The notes beneath the pieces were generated by a model, which saw only the letters and a list, made by a program, of their open reading frames with translations, was not told the DNA's origin and did no database searches. From assembly GCA_021203665.1 (NCBI GenBank), contig JAJQAT010000027.1, positions 1-35,398 on the forward strand: a stretch of 35,398 bases of DNA, given 5' to 3'. Shown piece after piece: positions 19,754-30,000 of this stretch (positions are counted from its first letter, which is position 1; every line of letters begins with the position of its first letter). A program made the position numbers and the translations under genes. This DNA is from Bacillota bacterium. Lineage in GTDB: Bacteria; Bacillota; Clostridia; UBA1381.

Positions 19754-20626
19754 TTATTTCACGCCGATTTTGTTCTCTCTCGCGTAAAAGAAGAGATATT
19801 GCTGGGCATAGCCGCCCATACTGCCGAAACGCTCTTCGGCGAAGTGTGAAATCGTTTCGATGCTTTGCTCGCCGTCGAAATAGCAGTATTCCATTACGCG
19901 TTTTATCCATACGTCAACGGGGAACGAGTCGGATCGTCCCAAGCCGAAAAGGAGTATGCAGTCGCTCACCTTGTTTCCGACACCGTTTATTGTCATAAGA
20001 GCGTGTTTCGCGTCCGGCGTCGAGAGAGACCTTATATATTCCTCCGACAGAGCGCCGCTGTTGAATTTGCGCGCGGCGTCCATGATGTATTTATCGCGGA
20101 ATCCCGCGCGTATAACCGCCAAATCGTCCTTTGTGAGCGACGCGGTTTTGGAAATGTCGGGAAAGGAATAATATGTATTGCCCATGTATTCGATTTCATC
20201 GCCGAACGCGGCGCAAAACCGCTCTATAATGCCCTTTATTCTCGGTATATTGTTGCTTGCCGAAATAATAAAGGACACAACGGACTCCCATAAATCCTGG
20301 TTGAGTATGCGTATGCCGCCGCCGTAGGATATTGCATCCCGCATAACCGAATCGCGCGACAGCTCCGCCTTTACGGCGCCGTAATCGCGCCCCAAATCGA
20401 AATAGTCGAACCAGGTTTCGTAAAAATCCTTCTCCGAGGTGTCAAAAAAGGTAACCTCATCGCCCGATTGCGATATTTTAAGCGCCTTGCCCTTCGCAAT
20501 CCCGAAATACGTCCCGCCGCCAATGCGGTTAAAGCGAAAGCATTGCCCGCAGTCAAATATATGCTCCGTATTAAAATCCCTAAGTCCCCTGACAATCAAA
20601 TTATTGCCCTTATATTTTATATCCAT
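19754..20626 (-). CDS. 8-oxoguanine DNA glycosylase (Ogg, HhH-GPD family)
   Basis: IFDCGQCFRF, GIRILNQDLWE, FIISASNNIPRI, GFRDKYI, GVGNKVSDCILLF (Lys), FPVDVW (Asp), GGYAQQYLF. Start moved to ATG 20626. Confidence 0.92.
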   Translation of the reverse strand: MDIKYKGNNLIVRGLRDFNTEHIFDCGQCFRFNRIGGGTYFGIAKGKALKISQSGDEVTFFDTSEKDFYETWFDYFDLGRDYGAVKAELSRDSVMRDAISYGGGIRILNQDLWESVVSFIISASNNIPRIKGIIERFCAAFGDEIEYMGNTYYSFPDISKTASLTKDDLAVIRAGFRDKYIMDAARKFNSGALSEEYIRSLSTPDAKHALMTINGVGNKVSDCILLFGLGRSDSFPVDVWIKRVMEYCYFDGEQSIETISHFAEERFGSMGGYAQQYLFFYARENKIGVK

Positions 20627-20632
20627 GCCTGT

Positions 20633-20661
20633 ATTATACCACACCGTTATAAATTTATCAA
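20633..20661 (-). promoter_or_regulatory. sigmaA promoter of ogg (probably leaderless transcript)
   Basis: Minus strand TTGATA, 17 bp ending TGTGG, TATAAT, then 6 nt (ACAGGC) and ATG. Confidence 0.75.
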
Positions 20662-20709
20662 CCGAAAATTAAAAACAAACCCGAAAAATACGTAAATAGC
20701 TTTGCCAAC

Positions 20710-20742
20710 AAAAAAATCCTGCCGAAAGCTCGACAGGATTTT
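20710..20742 (-). terminator. Terminator of tRNA-Leu
   Basis: Minus strand AAAATCCTGTCG-AGCTTT-CGGCAGGATTTTTTT. Confidence 0.8.
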
Positions 20743-20743
20743 A

Positions 20744-20827
20744 TGGTGCACCTGAAAGGACTTGAACCTTCACGTCGGGGACACCAGATCCTAAGTCTGG
20801 CGCGTCTGCCAATTCCGCCACAGGTGC
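20744..20827 (-). tRNA. tRNA-Leu (anticodon TAG)
   Basis: GCACCTG acceptor stem pairing with CAGGTGC, D arm GGCGGAATTGGCAGACGC, anticodon arm CCAGA-CTTAGGA-TCTGG, long variable arm, GGTTCAAGTCC, encoded CCA. Confidence 0.96.
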
Positions 20828-20840
20828 GAACAACGGTATT

Positions 20841-20869
20841 ATTATAGCAACATAAAAAGAATTTGTCAA
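20841..20869 (-). promoter_or_regulatory. Consensus sigmaA promoter of tRNA-Leu
   Basis: Minus strand TTGACA, 17 bp, TATAAT with extended TG; A/T tracts upstream. Confidence 0.88.
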
Positions 20870-20953
20870 GAGTTTTTTGTGAAAAATTTTGAAAAAATAA
20901 AAATATAGAAAATCTTTGGGCAATTTGCATCAAAAGAGAGAGGAGATTTCAAA

Positions 20954-23900
20954 ATGAAAAGTAAAAGGAAATTGCTGTCATTGATATTGGCATTATCAAT
21001 GGCAATCGGCTCCTTCACGGCATTGCCCATGGCGGCAAGCGCGGACGAGGACGTCGAAAATCCGACAGTGTCGCTCATGGCAGACGACACGGCGGACGAA
21101 ACGACCGACACCGAATCGGACAGCGACACCGAAGCGGCGACGTTTACGAGCCAGACCACAGCTGACGCGCTCGCTACGTATCTTGCGGACGACGCGGTTC
21201 TGTCACAGGGCGCGAGCACAACCGACAGAGAAGTCACAATCGGCGGAGAAACCGTTTCTGTAACGGCTATCGGCACGCTCGGCTCGGGACTTACCGAAGG
21301 TGTTGACCCTCCGACATATAACGGCGCAACGGCGGGAACAGCCACGTTCACGGTTAATGTTGAAACGGCGGACACATATGACATAGCCGTATACGGCTTG
21401 GGTGCGTATGCGAGACGCGTTGACCTAAACGTGAACGGTACAATAGTTGAATTTCCGGAGACGGACAGCAGCGCGTACGCTGATGTATGGACAATCGTTT
21501 CCGACTCTACCAGCGCGAAGGACGTATTCACATACACCTTTGAGGGTGTGGAGCTGAACGCGGGCGACAACACGATTGAGGTTGGAACTATCGATGATTC
21601 ATGGTGCCCGGATTTGTGCAGCATCGCGGTTTATTCCGCAGCTCCCGCTGAAAACGGTATTGTCTACAGCAACGGCAGTATCAAGGTTACATATGACGCT
21701 GAGCAGGATGCGAAGCTTATTGTTGCGAAGTATTACAGCGACGGCACCTTGAGCAGCGTAACACTTGACGATATTTCTCTTATAGAGGGAACAGTCACGG
21801 TTGCGTATGATTTGGAAGACGAGGCGGCGAAAATAATGGTTTGGGACGGTCTTGACACGATGGTTCCGCTCCTCAGCCTATCGGTAGACGGCACAGTAGA
21901 AGAGGCGCCGACCCCGACGGCGGACGCGGGCGAAGCTACCGAAGCTCCGACAACGGCACCGACGACAGAGCCGACACCTTCGCCGACACCGAAGGCTACA
22001 ATAGATCCGGATTTGGTTTACTATGTTCTTGACTTTGAGGACGAAACATCCGGTCAGACTGCGGAATACTCAAGCAGTATTTATACATTGACTTTGGCGG
22101 ATGGTACACAGTGGGTATCGCAATATGCGTATGCCGCGAGTGATTTATCTATAAAAACAGACAGCAATTCCGATATAGATTTGTACTTTAATTTTACAAA
22201 CACAAGCGGAAGCGGAACAAGAACGACATATTACATCTTTGATGATGCGGCTCAAACGCTTAATGACGATAATCAGGCGGTTATGGAATTCGATTTCAAC
22301 TCTAAGGGAACCGGAAGCCATATTACCATAATGGATACCGCAAGTAAATCAACCCCTATAGGCAACGGCAACTATGATTCCACATATATATTCAATCTGT
22401 ATCAGACGGCAGACGGGGTTGCTGTGAATACGGTTGACGGAACAAACACGTCAGTATTGACGAGCGGCTACACAGCCGGAAATTGGGCGCACGTAAAGGC
22501 GGTAATGGACTTCACCAATCACACCGTTACGCTTACAATCACATCGCTTGACGGAAATACAACATACCTTGCGGAAACACAGGTAGCTATGGGCTCGACC
22601 TCGGCAACTGCCGTAAGAGGCGTGCATATAGCTGAACCCAGAAATGTAAGCGCAAGCGTAAGTGTTGATAACTTCATGGTGCGCGATGTTATAGACGGAG
22701 ACATTTCGGGCGTATACTACTCGGCTACATTCGATGTTGACGGTACTACTACAATACTGTCCGCGCTTAGCGGCGAGTGCCTTGAAAGCGTTCCCGACAC
22801 CGATAAAACAGGATATATCTTTAACGGTTGGCTTAAGGACGACGATACCGAAACCTTATATTCAACAGAAGACGTTTTGGCAACACCGCTGACCGCGAAT
22901 GTAAAATATACCGCGTCATACAGTGCGGATGAAGACTATATCGAGCCTATGGTATCGCTTGAATTCTCATCATTCCCGACAAACGGTATTCCCACAGCGG
23001 GTGAAGATGCGGACACCGCGGCGGATAACGAGATAGCGGTAAAGATTGTTGGCGAGCTCGGAACCGATTTGACGGCAAATCCGGATTCGAGAGTAACAGA
23101 TTTAGACGTTGATTGGGAATTCCTCGGCTTCAGAGATATTGCTTCAAAGGCGTATGAAGGCAGTGACAGTGCTACAACGGATTCGGCGGATTCAAATATT
23201 TACTGCGACAGCTACGCTGAAGTAATATACGATGACGACGATCCGACAACCGTAAACTTTGCTCTTAAGAGCCAGTCATTCAATTTCTACGGACTTGTTA
23301 AGGCTACGGTTACATATAACGGCGAAACTCTTACCATAACAGAGCCGATGGCTATAATCCCCGATACGACATCCGACACCGGATCATATCTTCCGAAAGC
23401 AGGTTATAAGTATGTGGCGGATGCTAATAACTACTCCGATGATATAGTAGGCTATCAGGCTACAACCTCATCTGACAACAAGTCGGCTACGGATATAATC
23501 ACCGGCGACTGGGCGGCATACGGCGGCAACAGCGGCAGAGGCTTATATATCCAGAGCGATGATGACGGAAAGTTCTTCAAGCTTAAGTCAACGGGAACAA
23601 ACTCCTCGAGCTTCGCTGTAAATAAGCTTGACAGCGCTCCTACCGGACAGGTAATAATCACACAGGATGTAAGATTCTATAACAGCGGTTCATCAATCCT
23701 ATTCAAGCAGGATAACCCCGTAACATGGAGCGATAACGCTACGGCAATTTCGTTTAACTTTACAGGCTCGGCATTTAACTTAAACGGCGGCGACACAATT
23801 TGCAGCGCGACTACAGGCAAGTGGTATACGGTTGTATTGTCGGCTGACGTAACATCAAAGCTTTGCTATGCTAAGGTTTATGATAAGGAAAGCGGCGAAT

Positions 23901-25873
23901 TGCTCGGCGAATTCGACACATTGTCATTCGTAAATACGGGCGCAACGGCTCCGGTATACCTCTGCTACAGAACTCCGGACAGCTCACAGGGCGAGCTTGA
24001 CTTTAACGATGTACAGATGTACATACCGACAATAAGCGATGACGACTTCACAATTACCGCTGCCGACACTACAATTTCAATCCCGAAAGCGGAGGATGAC
24101 GAGTCTTCAACAACAACAATTACAGCCAAAGCTCTTTCAACAGAGGGCTATGACATGATAGGCGAGGCTACATGGGCATTTGCCGATTCCGTTACGGACA
24201 CAACCGGCTTGACAATTACTCCGGATTCGACCGACACGCACACCGCTACTCTTACGGTAGACTACGGCGCTCCGTCGGGCGAGCTTCCGATAAATGTCAC
24301 AATCGGCGGCGTAACAAAGACAATCACTCTAAATCTTACAAGCTCACAGGACAGCGTTCAGTTTACCTCGGGAGCGACAAGTATAGCTATTCCGCTTACA
24401 GACGGTACGTCTGAAGAGTACACATATGCGGCTAAGGTGGTAGGTCCTTCGGAAGATGATGAAGATACAACTATAGATATAGAGGGTAAAACTATAACAT
24501 ACTCGGTATACGACAAGAACAATGTAAACGAGATAACAAGCAGTATGCCTACAGGCATTACATTCGATGCCGAAACGGCAACCCTTACGGTATCATCTGA
24601 TGCAACGGCGACGGTTATTTATATCCGCGCTACAAGCACAAACAGAAACGAAGAAACCATTACAAGGGCGCTAAAGGTTACAATTCACGGTCTTGCGTTC
24701 GACTTCGGTACAAGTGATGATGGTGCTGTTGTCGAGGGCTACACGGCTGTTACCGCGAGCACAACATACAGCGAATCGGCAGGCTACGGTATTGAAAGCG
24801 GCTCGCCGACGGCGGCAGGTACGGCAAGCGAAGACGATGCGACAAGCGATTACCTGACAGGCACGTTCACATTCAAGGCGAATGTTACGGCGGCTAAGGT
24901 TTATACGGTAACAGTTACATACTCCGGTTCACTTACCTCGGAATATGTAAGCTCAGACCTTTCGGGTTATATACTGTTGGATGATGATGGTAATGCTCCG
25001 ACTGAACTTACGGAACTGAAATTTGATATTCCTGTAATCGATGATGTTCTTGACCTTACGTTCTCGGGCGGAAGTGTTGCGTCAATAGTAATCGAGAAGC
25101 AGGCTGATAAGCAGGCGGGCGGAACACCTAACATCTACACAATAGGTGACTCGACTATCGCAAATAACGGCTCATGGGCATACGTTTTGTATAATAATTA
25201 TTCAACCTATGCCGGAGACACATTGGCGAATGTTGCGACATTTACAAACAACGGACGCGGCGGCAGAAACCTTTGCACATATTACACCAACGGCGAGCTT
25301 AAGGACAGAATCCTTACTCAAATCAGACCGGGCGACTATGTAATGATAGGCGATATGGGTACCAACGGTATGGGTTCCTCGTTTGAAGACGACTTCAATT
25401 ACTATATTGACGCGTGCGAGGCAATGGGCGCAAAGGTAATTCTTAACTCATATACACCTCACGGTGCTTTAACCGGCGGCGGTTATGAAAGCGGATATGA
25501 TTCCGACACGAACACATTTACATCGTACCGTACAGATTCATATGATGTAATCGTTCGCAGTATATACGCTGAAAGATCCGATGCAAGCGATGAAGCGTAT
25601 GATGAAAATGTTATAGGCTTTGTTGACATCGGTAAGATGGCGGACGCTGCGTTTAATGCGTATGTTGCGGATTACGAGACTAACGGCTATGAAAGCGCGG
25701 ACGCTGCGGCACAGGCGATTATAGCGTGCTTCAGCGACCACAACCACTACAGCAATGCCATCCTGGCTTGCCAGCTTATGCTTTCCGGCTACGGTACCGG
25801 CGATGACGCAAAGGGTATTGTTCAATCCTTGTATGAAATCGTTTCAGCCGATTTGGCAGAAGCAACAGAATAA
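20954..25873 (+). CDS. Large secreted multimodular protein with C-terminal SGNH esterase (CE12 rhamnogalacturonan acetylesterase-like)
   Basis: Signal peptide ending AASA; CBM6/35-like domain (about 21310-21635); unassigned module and P/T linker; InlB-B-like repeat (KTGYIFNGW); Ig-like segments; FDFG...GYTAV...GYGI domain typical of bacterial CE12 N-termini; SGNH blocks IYTIGDST, NNGRGGR, GTN, DHNH. Confidence 0.75.
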   Translation: MKSKRKLLSLILALSMAIGSFTALPMAASADEDVENPTVSLMADDTADETTDTESDSDTEAATFTSQTTADALATYLADDAVLSQGASTTDREVTIGGETVSVTAIGTLGSGLTEGVDPPTYNGATAGTATFTVNVETADTYDIAVYGLGAYARRVDLNVNGTIVEFPETDSSAYADVWTIVSDSTSAKDVFTYTFEGVELNAGDNTIEVGTIDDSWCPDLCSIAVYSAAPAENGIVYSNGSIKVTYDAEQDAKLIVAKYYSDGTLSSVTLDDISLIEGTVTVAYDLEDEAAKIMVWDGLDTMVPLLSLSVDGTVEEAPTPTADAGEATEAPTTAPTTEPTPSPTPKATIDPDLVYYVLDFEDETSGQTAEYSSSIYTLTLADGTQWVSQYAYAASDLSIKTDSNSDIDLYFNFTNTSGSGTRTTYYIFDDAAQTLNDDNQAVMEFDFNSKGTGSHITIMDTASKSTPIGNGNYDSTYIFNLYQTADGVAVNTVDGTNTSVLTSGYTAGNWAHVKAVMDFTNHTVTLTITSLDGNTTYLAETQVAMGSTSATAVRGVHIAEPRNVSASVSVDNFMVRDVIDGDISGVYYSATFDVDGTTTILSALSGECLESVPDTDKTGYIFNGWLKDDDTETLYSTEDVLATPLTANVKYTASYSADEDYIEPMVSLEFSSFPTNGIPTAGEDADTAADNEIAVKIVGELGTDLTANPDSRVTDLDVDWEFLGFRDIASKAYEGSDSATTDSADSNIYCDSYAEVIYDDDDPTTVNFALKSQSFNFYGLVKATVTYNGETLTITEPMAIIPDTTSDTGSYLPKAGYKYVADANNYSDDIVGYQATTSSDNKSATDIITGDWAAYGGNSGRGLYIQSDDDGKFFKLKSTGTNSSSFAVNKLDSAPTGQVIITQDVRFYNSGSSILFKQDNPVTWSDNATAISFNFTGSAFNLNGGDTICSATTGKWYTVVLSADVTSKLCYAKVYDKESGELLGEFDTLSFVNTGATAPVYLCYRTPDSSQGELDFNDVQMYIPTISDDDFTITAADTTISIPKAEDDESSTTTITAKALSTEGYDMIGEATWAFADSVTDTTGLTITPDSTDTHTATLTVDYGAPSGELPINVTIGGVTKTITLNLTSSQDSVQFTSGATSIAIPLTDGTSEEYTYAAKVVGPSEDDEDTTIDIEGKTITYSVYDKNNVNEITSSMPTGITFDAETATLTVSSDATATVIYIRATSTNRNEETITRALKVTIHGLAFDFGTSDDGAVVEGYTAVTASTTYSESAGYGIESGSPTAAGTASEDDATSDYLTGTFTFKANVTAAKVYTVTVTYSGSLTSEYVSSDLSGYILLDDDGNAPTELTELKFDIPVIDDVLDLTFSGGSVASIVIEKQADKQAGGTPNIYTIGDSTIANNGSWAYVLYNNYSTYAGDTLANVATFTNNGRGGRNLCTYYTNGELKDRILTQIRPGDYVMIGDMGTNGMGSSFEDDFNYYIDACEAMGAKVILNSYTPHGALTGGGYESGYDSDTNTFTSYRTDSYDVIVRSIYAERSDASDEAYDENVIGFVDIGKMADAAFNAYVADYETNGYESADAAAQAIIACFSDHNHYSNAILACQLMLSGYGTGDDAKGIVQSLYEIVSADLAEATE
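21900..22012 (+). repeat. Pro/Thr-rich linker coding repeat
   Basis: EAPTPTADAGEATEAPTTAPTTEPTPSPTPKATIDPD; recurring CCGAC units. Confidence 0.85.
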
Positions 25874-25882
25874 TTCCTAACC

Positions 25883-25913
25883 AAAGAGCTCCCCTATTGG
25901 GGAGTTCTTTTTA
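25883..25913 (+). terminator. Intrinsic terminator after the SGNH protein gene
   Basis: AAAGAGCTCCCC-TATT-GGGGAGTTCTTTTT. Confidence 0.85.
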
Positions 25914-25933
25914 TGCGCGAAAGCGCATAGAAT
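25905..25933 (+). promoter_or_regulatory. Putative sigmaE promoter of spoIID
   Basis: -10 CATAGAAT at 25926-25933 (consensus CATAnnnT); weak -35 TTCTTTT 14 bp upstream; spoIID is a known sigmaE target. Confidence 0.6.
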
Positions 25934-25948
25934 AACGTGGGTGAGGAT

Positions 25949-26908
25949 ATGAAAAGGGTATTATTTACAATCGCGGCGGTGATATTCATAACATTGCTTT
26001 TGCCGCTGGCGATAGTGTGGCTTATGGGACTTGGCGGCGAAGAAAACACCGGCTCTCTTGAAAGCGGGCGCGTGAGCGTGTACTCCGCGGACGCGGGATG
26101 CGCGGAGGATATGGACATAAATCAATATTTAAAATGCGTGGTCGCGGCGGAAATGCCCGCCGACTTTGAAACCGAGGCGTTAAAGGCGCAGGCGGTCGCG
26201 GCGCGGACATACCTGTATTCGCGCATCGAGGACGCGGAAAACGGAAACACAGCGGAGGTGCATAACGGCGCGACGGTATGCACCGATTCCGCGCATTGTC
26301 AGGCGTACATAAGCGAGGAGGAGCGCAGAGCAAGCTGGGGCGCGGACGCTGATGAAAATTGGGACAAAATAAGCGCCGCTGTCGAGGAAACCGCGGGGCG
26401 GATAATGACGTACGACGGCGAAATTATATCCGCCGTCTTTCATTCCACCTCGTCCGGCAGTACCGAGGCGGCGGTTGACGTGTGGGGCGCGGATGTCCCG
26501 TACCTGCAAAGCGTCGAGAGCGAGGGCGACAGGCTTTCGCCGAAGTACAGCAGTAATTTGACGCTCAGCGAGGAGGAATTTAAGAGCAAAATCGATGAAA
26601 ATGTCTCCGGCACGGACTGGACGGGGGAGCTTGTGTCAAATATAACCCGCTCCGACGCGGGCGGAATTATATCGCTTGACGTCGGCGGAGTTAATATAAA
26701 GGGAAGCGAGCTTAGGAATATATTTTCGCTTTCAAGCGCAAATGTCGAGCTGACGCGCGAAAACGGCAATATAACAATGTCCGTCAAGGGATACGGTCAC
26801 GGTGTGGGCATGAGCCAGTACGGCGCGAATTACCTTGCGTCGCAGGGGATGGGCTATGAGGAAATCTTGAAATACTATTACACCGGCGTTGAAATCGAGT
26901 CGAGGTAA
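25949..26908 (+). CDS. spoIID: Stage II sporulation protein D (lytic transglycosylase)
   Basis: N-terminal TM, YLKCVVAAEMPADFETEALKAQAVAARTY, CTDSAHCQAY, VPYLQSV, GYGHGVGMSQYGAN, ILKYYYTG. Alternative GTG start at 25937. Confidence 0.94.
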   Translation: MKRVLFTIAAVIFITLLLPLAIVWLMGLGGEENTGSLESGRVSVYSADAGCAEDMDINQYLKCVVAAEMPADFETEALKAQAVAARTYLYSRIEDAENGNTAEVHNGATVCTDSAHCQAYISEEERRASWGADADENWDKISAAVEETAGRIMTYDGEIISAVFHSTSSGSTEAAVDVWGADVPYLQSVESEGDRLSPKYSSNLTLSEEEFKSKIDENVSGTDWTGELVSNITRSDAGGIISLDVGGVNIKGSELRNIFSLSSANVELTRENGNITMSVKGYGHGVGMSQYGANYLASQGMGYEEILKYYYTGVEIESR

Positions 26909-26970
26909 ATTTGCACAAAAAAAATAAGAAAAGTTTGTATAGTTTTACGACAAATACACTGTTTTTTGTA

Positions 26971-26999
26971 TTGAGAAAAATCTTAAAATGTTGTAAAAT
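26971..26999 (+). promoter_or_regulatory. Putative sigmaA promoter of the PL11 gene
   Basis: TTGAGA, 17 bp, TAAAAT (26994-26999). Confidence 0.65.
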
Positions 27000-27038
27000 T
27001 ATACTATATATATAAACTTTAGAAGGAGAGAGAAAGAG

Positions 27039-30000
27039 ATGAGGAAAAGAATTTTAAGCATTTTGCTTTCGGCGTCTATGGCGGCATCGCTTGTCACGGT
27101 GCCTATAGCCGCGTCCGCGGAAGCGAATACGCCGACGTACCAAACGACGGAGCGCAAAATGGAGAAGCTTGACCGCGGCTTGGTGGCGGTTAAGGTTACG
27201 GGCGGCGTTTATTTAAGCTGGCGTTTGCTCGGCGATGAGGATTTGACATCGCAGGAGTATGATATTTATAGGGATGATACTCTGATATATACCACAGAAA
27301 ACGCGTCCGGAACAAATTATACCGATTCCGACGGAACAACCACAAGCGAATACAAGGTTGTAAAACACGGCGCGGACGCGTCCGGCGAGGAGGCTGTAAC
27401 GCCGTGGAATACCAACACGACCTCAAGCTCATCGGTAGCCTCATACAGTGAATACAACTCAATGGCGTATATGGACGTAGCTATACAGAATCCGGGAACG
27501 CTTTTAAATTCCGCCGCGTTCGCGGGTGATGAGGATTCAAGCAAAACCTGTACATATACCGCTAACGACGCGAGCGTCGGCGATATTGACGGCGACGGCG
27601 AGTACGAGATTATATTGAAATGGGATCCGTCCAATTCAAAGGACAGCGCGGGCGCGGATTACACCGGCAGAGTGTTTGTTGATGCTTACGAGATGGACGG
27701 CACGTTCCTGTGGCGTATCGACCTCGGCTACAACGTAACCGCGGGCGCGCATTACACACAATTTATGGTTTATGACTTTGACGGCGACGGCTATGCCGAG
27801 GTGGCAATGAAAACCGCCCCCGGCTCAAAGGACGGACAAAACACCGTAAACGAGGACGGTACCTGGAACGAGGACGGCGGCGAGTACGTATCACTTGCCG
27901 GCGATACCGATGAAATACGAAATGTCAGCAACACGACATCGTTTATAGGTACAAGCGGAAGTCAAAAGGGTAAAAATCCCTATACACAGTATTTGACAAT
28001 ATTTGACGGCGCAACGGGCGCGGCTCTTGCCACAACCGAATACATTCCGTATGACACGGTTTCAAGCTGGGGCGACAGTACGTTTAACCGCAGTGAAAGA
28101 TACTTGGCGGCTGTAGCTTATCTTGACGGTGTTACGCCGAGTCTTATTATGTGCCGAGGCTATTATGCCGCCGCTGTAATCCGTGCGTACACATGGGACG
28201 GCGAAGAGCTTAATATGCAATGGCAGTATGTCGGCTCGTCAAGCGGAGAATCGTCATTATACGGACAGGGCAATCATAACCTTTCAATAGGCGATATAGA
28301 CGGCGACGGCTGTGACGAAATAGTTTACGGCTCCGCCGCACTTGACAATGACGGAAAAACCGTTATGGGCAATACACAGTTGGGTCACGGCGATGCTATG
28401 CATATGAGCGACTTCAACAATGACGGCGAGCAGGAGGTATTCTCCGTTAAGGAGGACAGCGAGGGCTATAAATATTACGCTATGGATTTAAGAAACGCGG
28501 CTACGGGTGAGCATTTCTGGGATTCCGGAGTGCTTACAACCTCAAGTGATAACGGCAGAGGCGTTATGGACAATATTGATGACGCGTACGCGGCGGCAAA
28601 TCCGGAAAGCGGTCTTGCGCTCGGTTGGGATTCGGGTCACGACAACGCGGTAGATTTGAACGGTAATGAGGTTGCGGCAAAGCCGGTGTTCAGCTCGAGA
28701 AGCGGCTGTAACTTCCTTGTATATTGGGACGGCGACCTTGGACGTGAAATATTGGACGATACTCTTATAGGTAAATATTATGCGCAGGACGGCACCAATT
28801 CAAACGGCTATTCCGTCAGCGCGGGTACGACATTAAGATTCTATAACGGAACGTCGGGTTACACTCTTTACGGCGCAAGCTCAAATAATGATACAAAATA
28901 TAACCCCTGCCTTGTTGCAGACCTTTTCGGCGACTGGCGTGAGGAAATCATAATGAGATACGGCGACGACGCACTGAGAATATATATGTCAACCATACCG
29001 AGTGACTACAGACTTACAACACTTATGCACGACAGCCAGTACCGTATGTCGGTGGCGTGGCAGAACGTTGCGTACAATCAGCCGACACACACAAGCTACT
29101 ACATAGGCTCCGCGGCTCTTGCCACGGACGAAAGCGGCGAGACGCTTAACTATCTCGCGCCGGCGGTTGCCTACACGAAAGTTACATATTCGACGGGCGA
29201 GGATGTCGCGGTAACGGGACTGACGCTTTCCGAGAGCTCTATTCAGGTTGAAAGGACAAAGAGCTATACCCTAAACGCGTCGCTCACTCCGACCGACGCG
29301 ACAACAAAGGGCATAATATGGACTTCGTCCGATACAAGCGTTGCGACCGTTGCAAACGGAATTGTAAAGGGCGTGGGCGAGGGAACCGCAACAATTACAG
29401 CAACCTCAAAGGACGAAACAAACGGAACAATCAGCGCAAGCTGTACCGTTGAGGTGTATTCAACACCCGTAACGAGCGTTACGCTTGCGGATAAGAGCAT
29501 AGACATCGGAATGGGTTACACAAAGACGCTCAGCGCGACCGTAGCTCCCTCCGACGCGACAGACACAAGCCTCACATGGACATCGGCGGACGAAACCGTC
29601 GCGACTGTTGACGAGGACGGCGTTGTAACCGGTGTAAGCTACGGCAAAACCACGATTACCGCGACTAATGAGGACAGCGGACTAAGCGCGCAGTGTATCG
29701 TAAAGGTAAAGCCGATTGATTCCACCGATATGACCGGCGACGATGTTTTTGTAACGTCGAATACAACTGATGATACAATAAGCTATACGGGAACAAGCAC
29801 AACCGCAGCATTTACGCTGACACAAGCAACTGTTCCGGTAGAATTTCATAAGGATTTTGAGCCGTATTCGGACAATAAAGCAATTCTTTCGTACAAGTTT
29901 ACAACAGGAGGCTCCAAAGACAGCAGTACCGGCAATTATATTTGGATAGACGGACATACATATAACACAGAGCTTAAACTTCTTGATACGGACGGAAATA

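Noticed and set aside
20658-20933. Minus-strand ORFs of 91 and 60 aa
   Set aside because: They run through tRNA-Leu, its promoter and terminator.
20744-25873. tRNA-Leu as the integration site of an island carrying the CAZyme genes
   Set aside because: No integrase or duplicated tRNA end seen; the tRNA 3' end points toward ogg and fba, away from the CAZyme genes.
27580-28440. DxDGDG motifs as dockerin repeats
   Set aside because: They lie within the PL11 beta-propeller, where such Ca-binding loops are expected, and lack the paired dockerin helix pattern.
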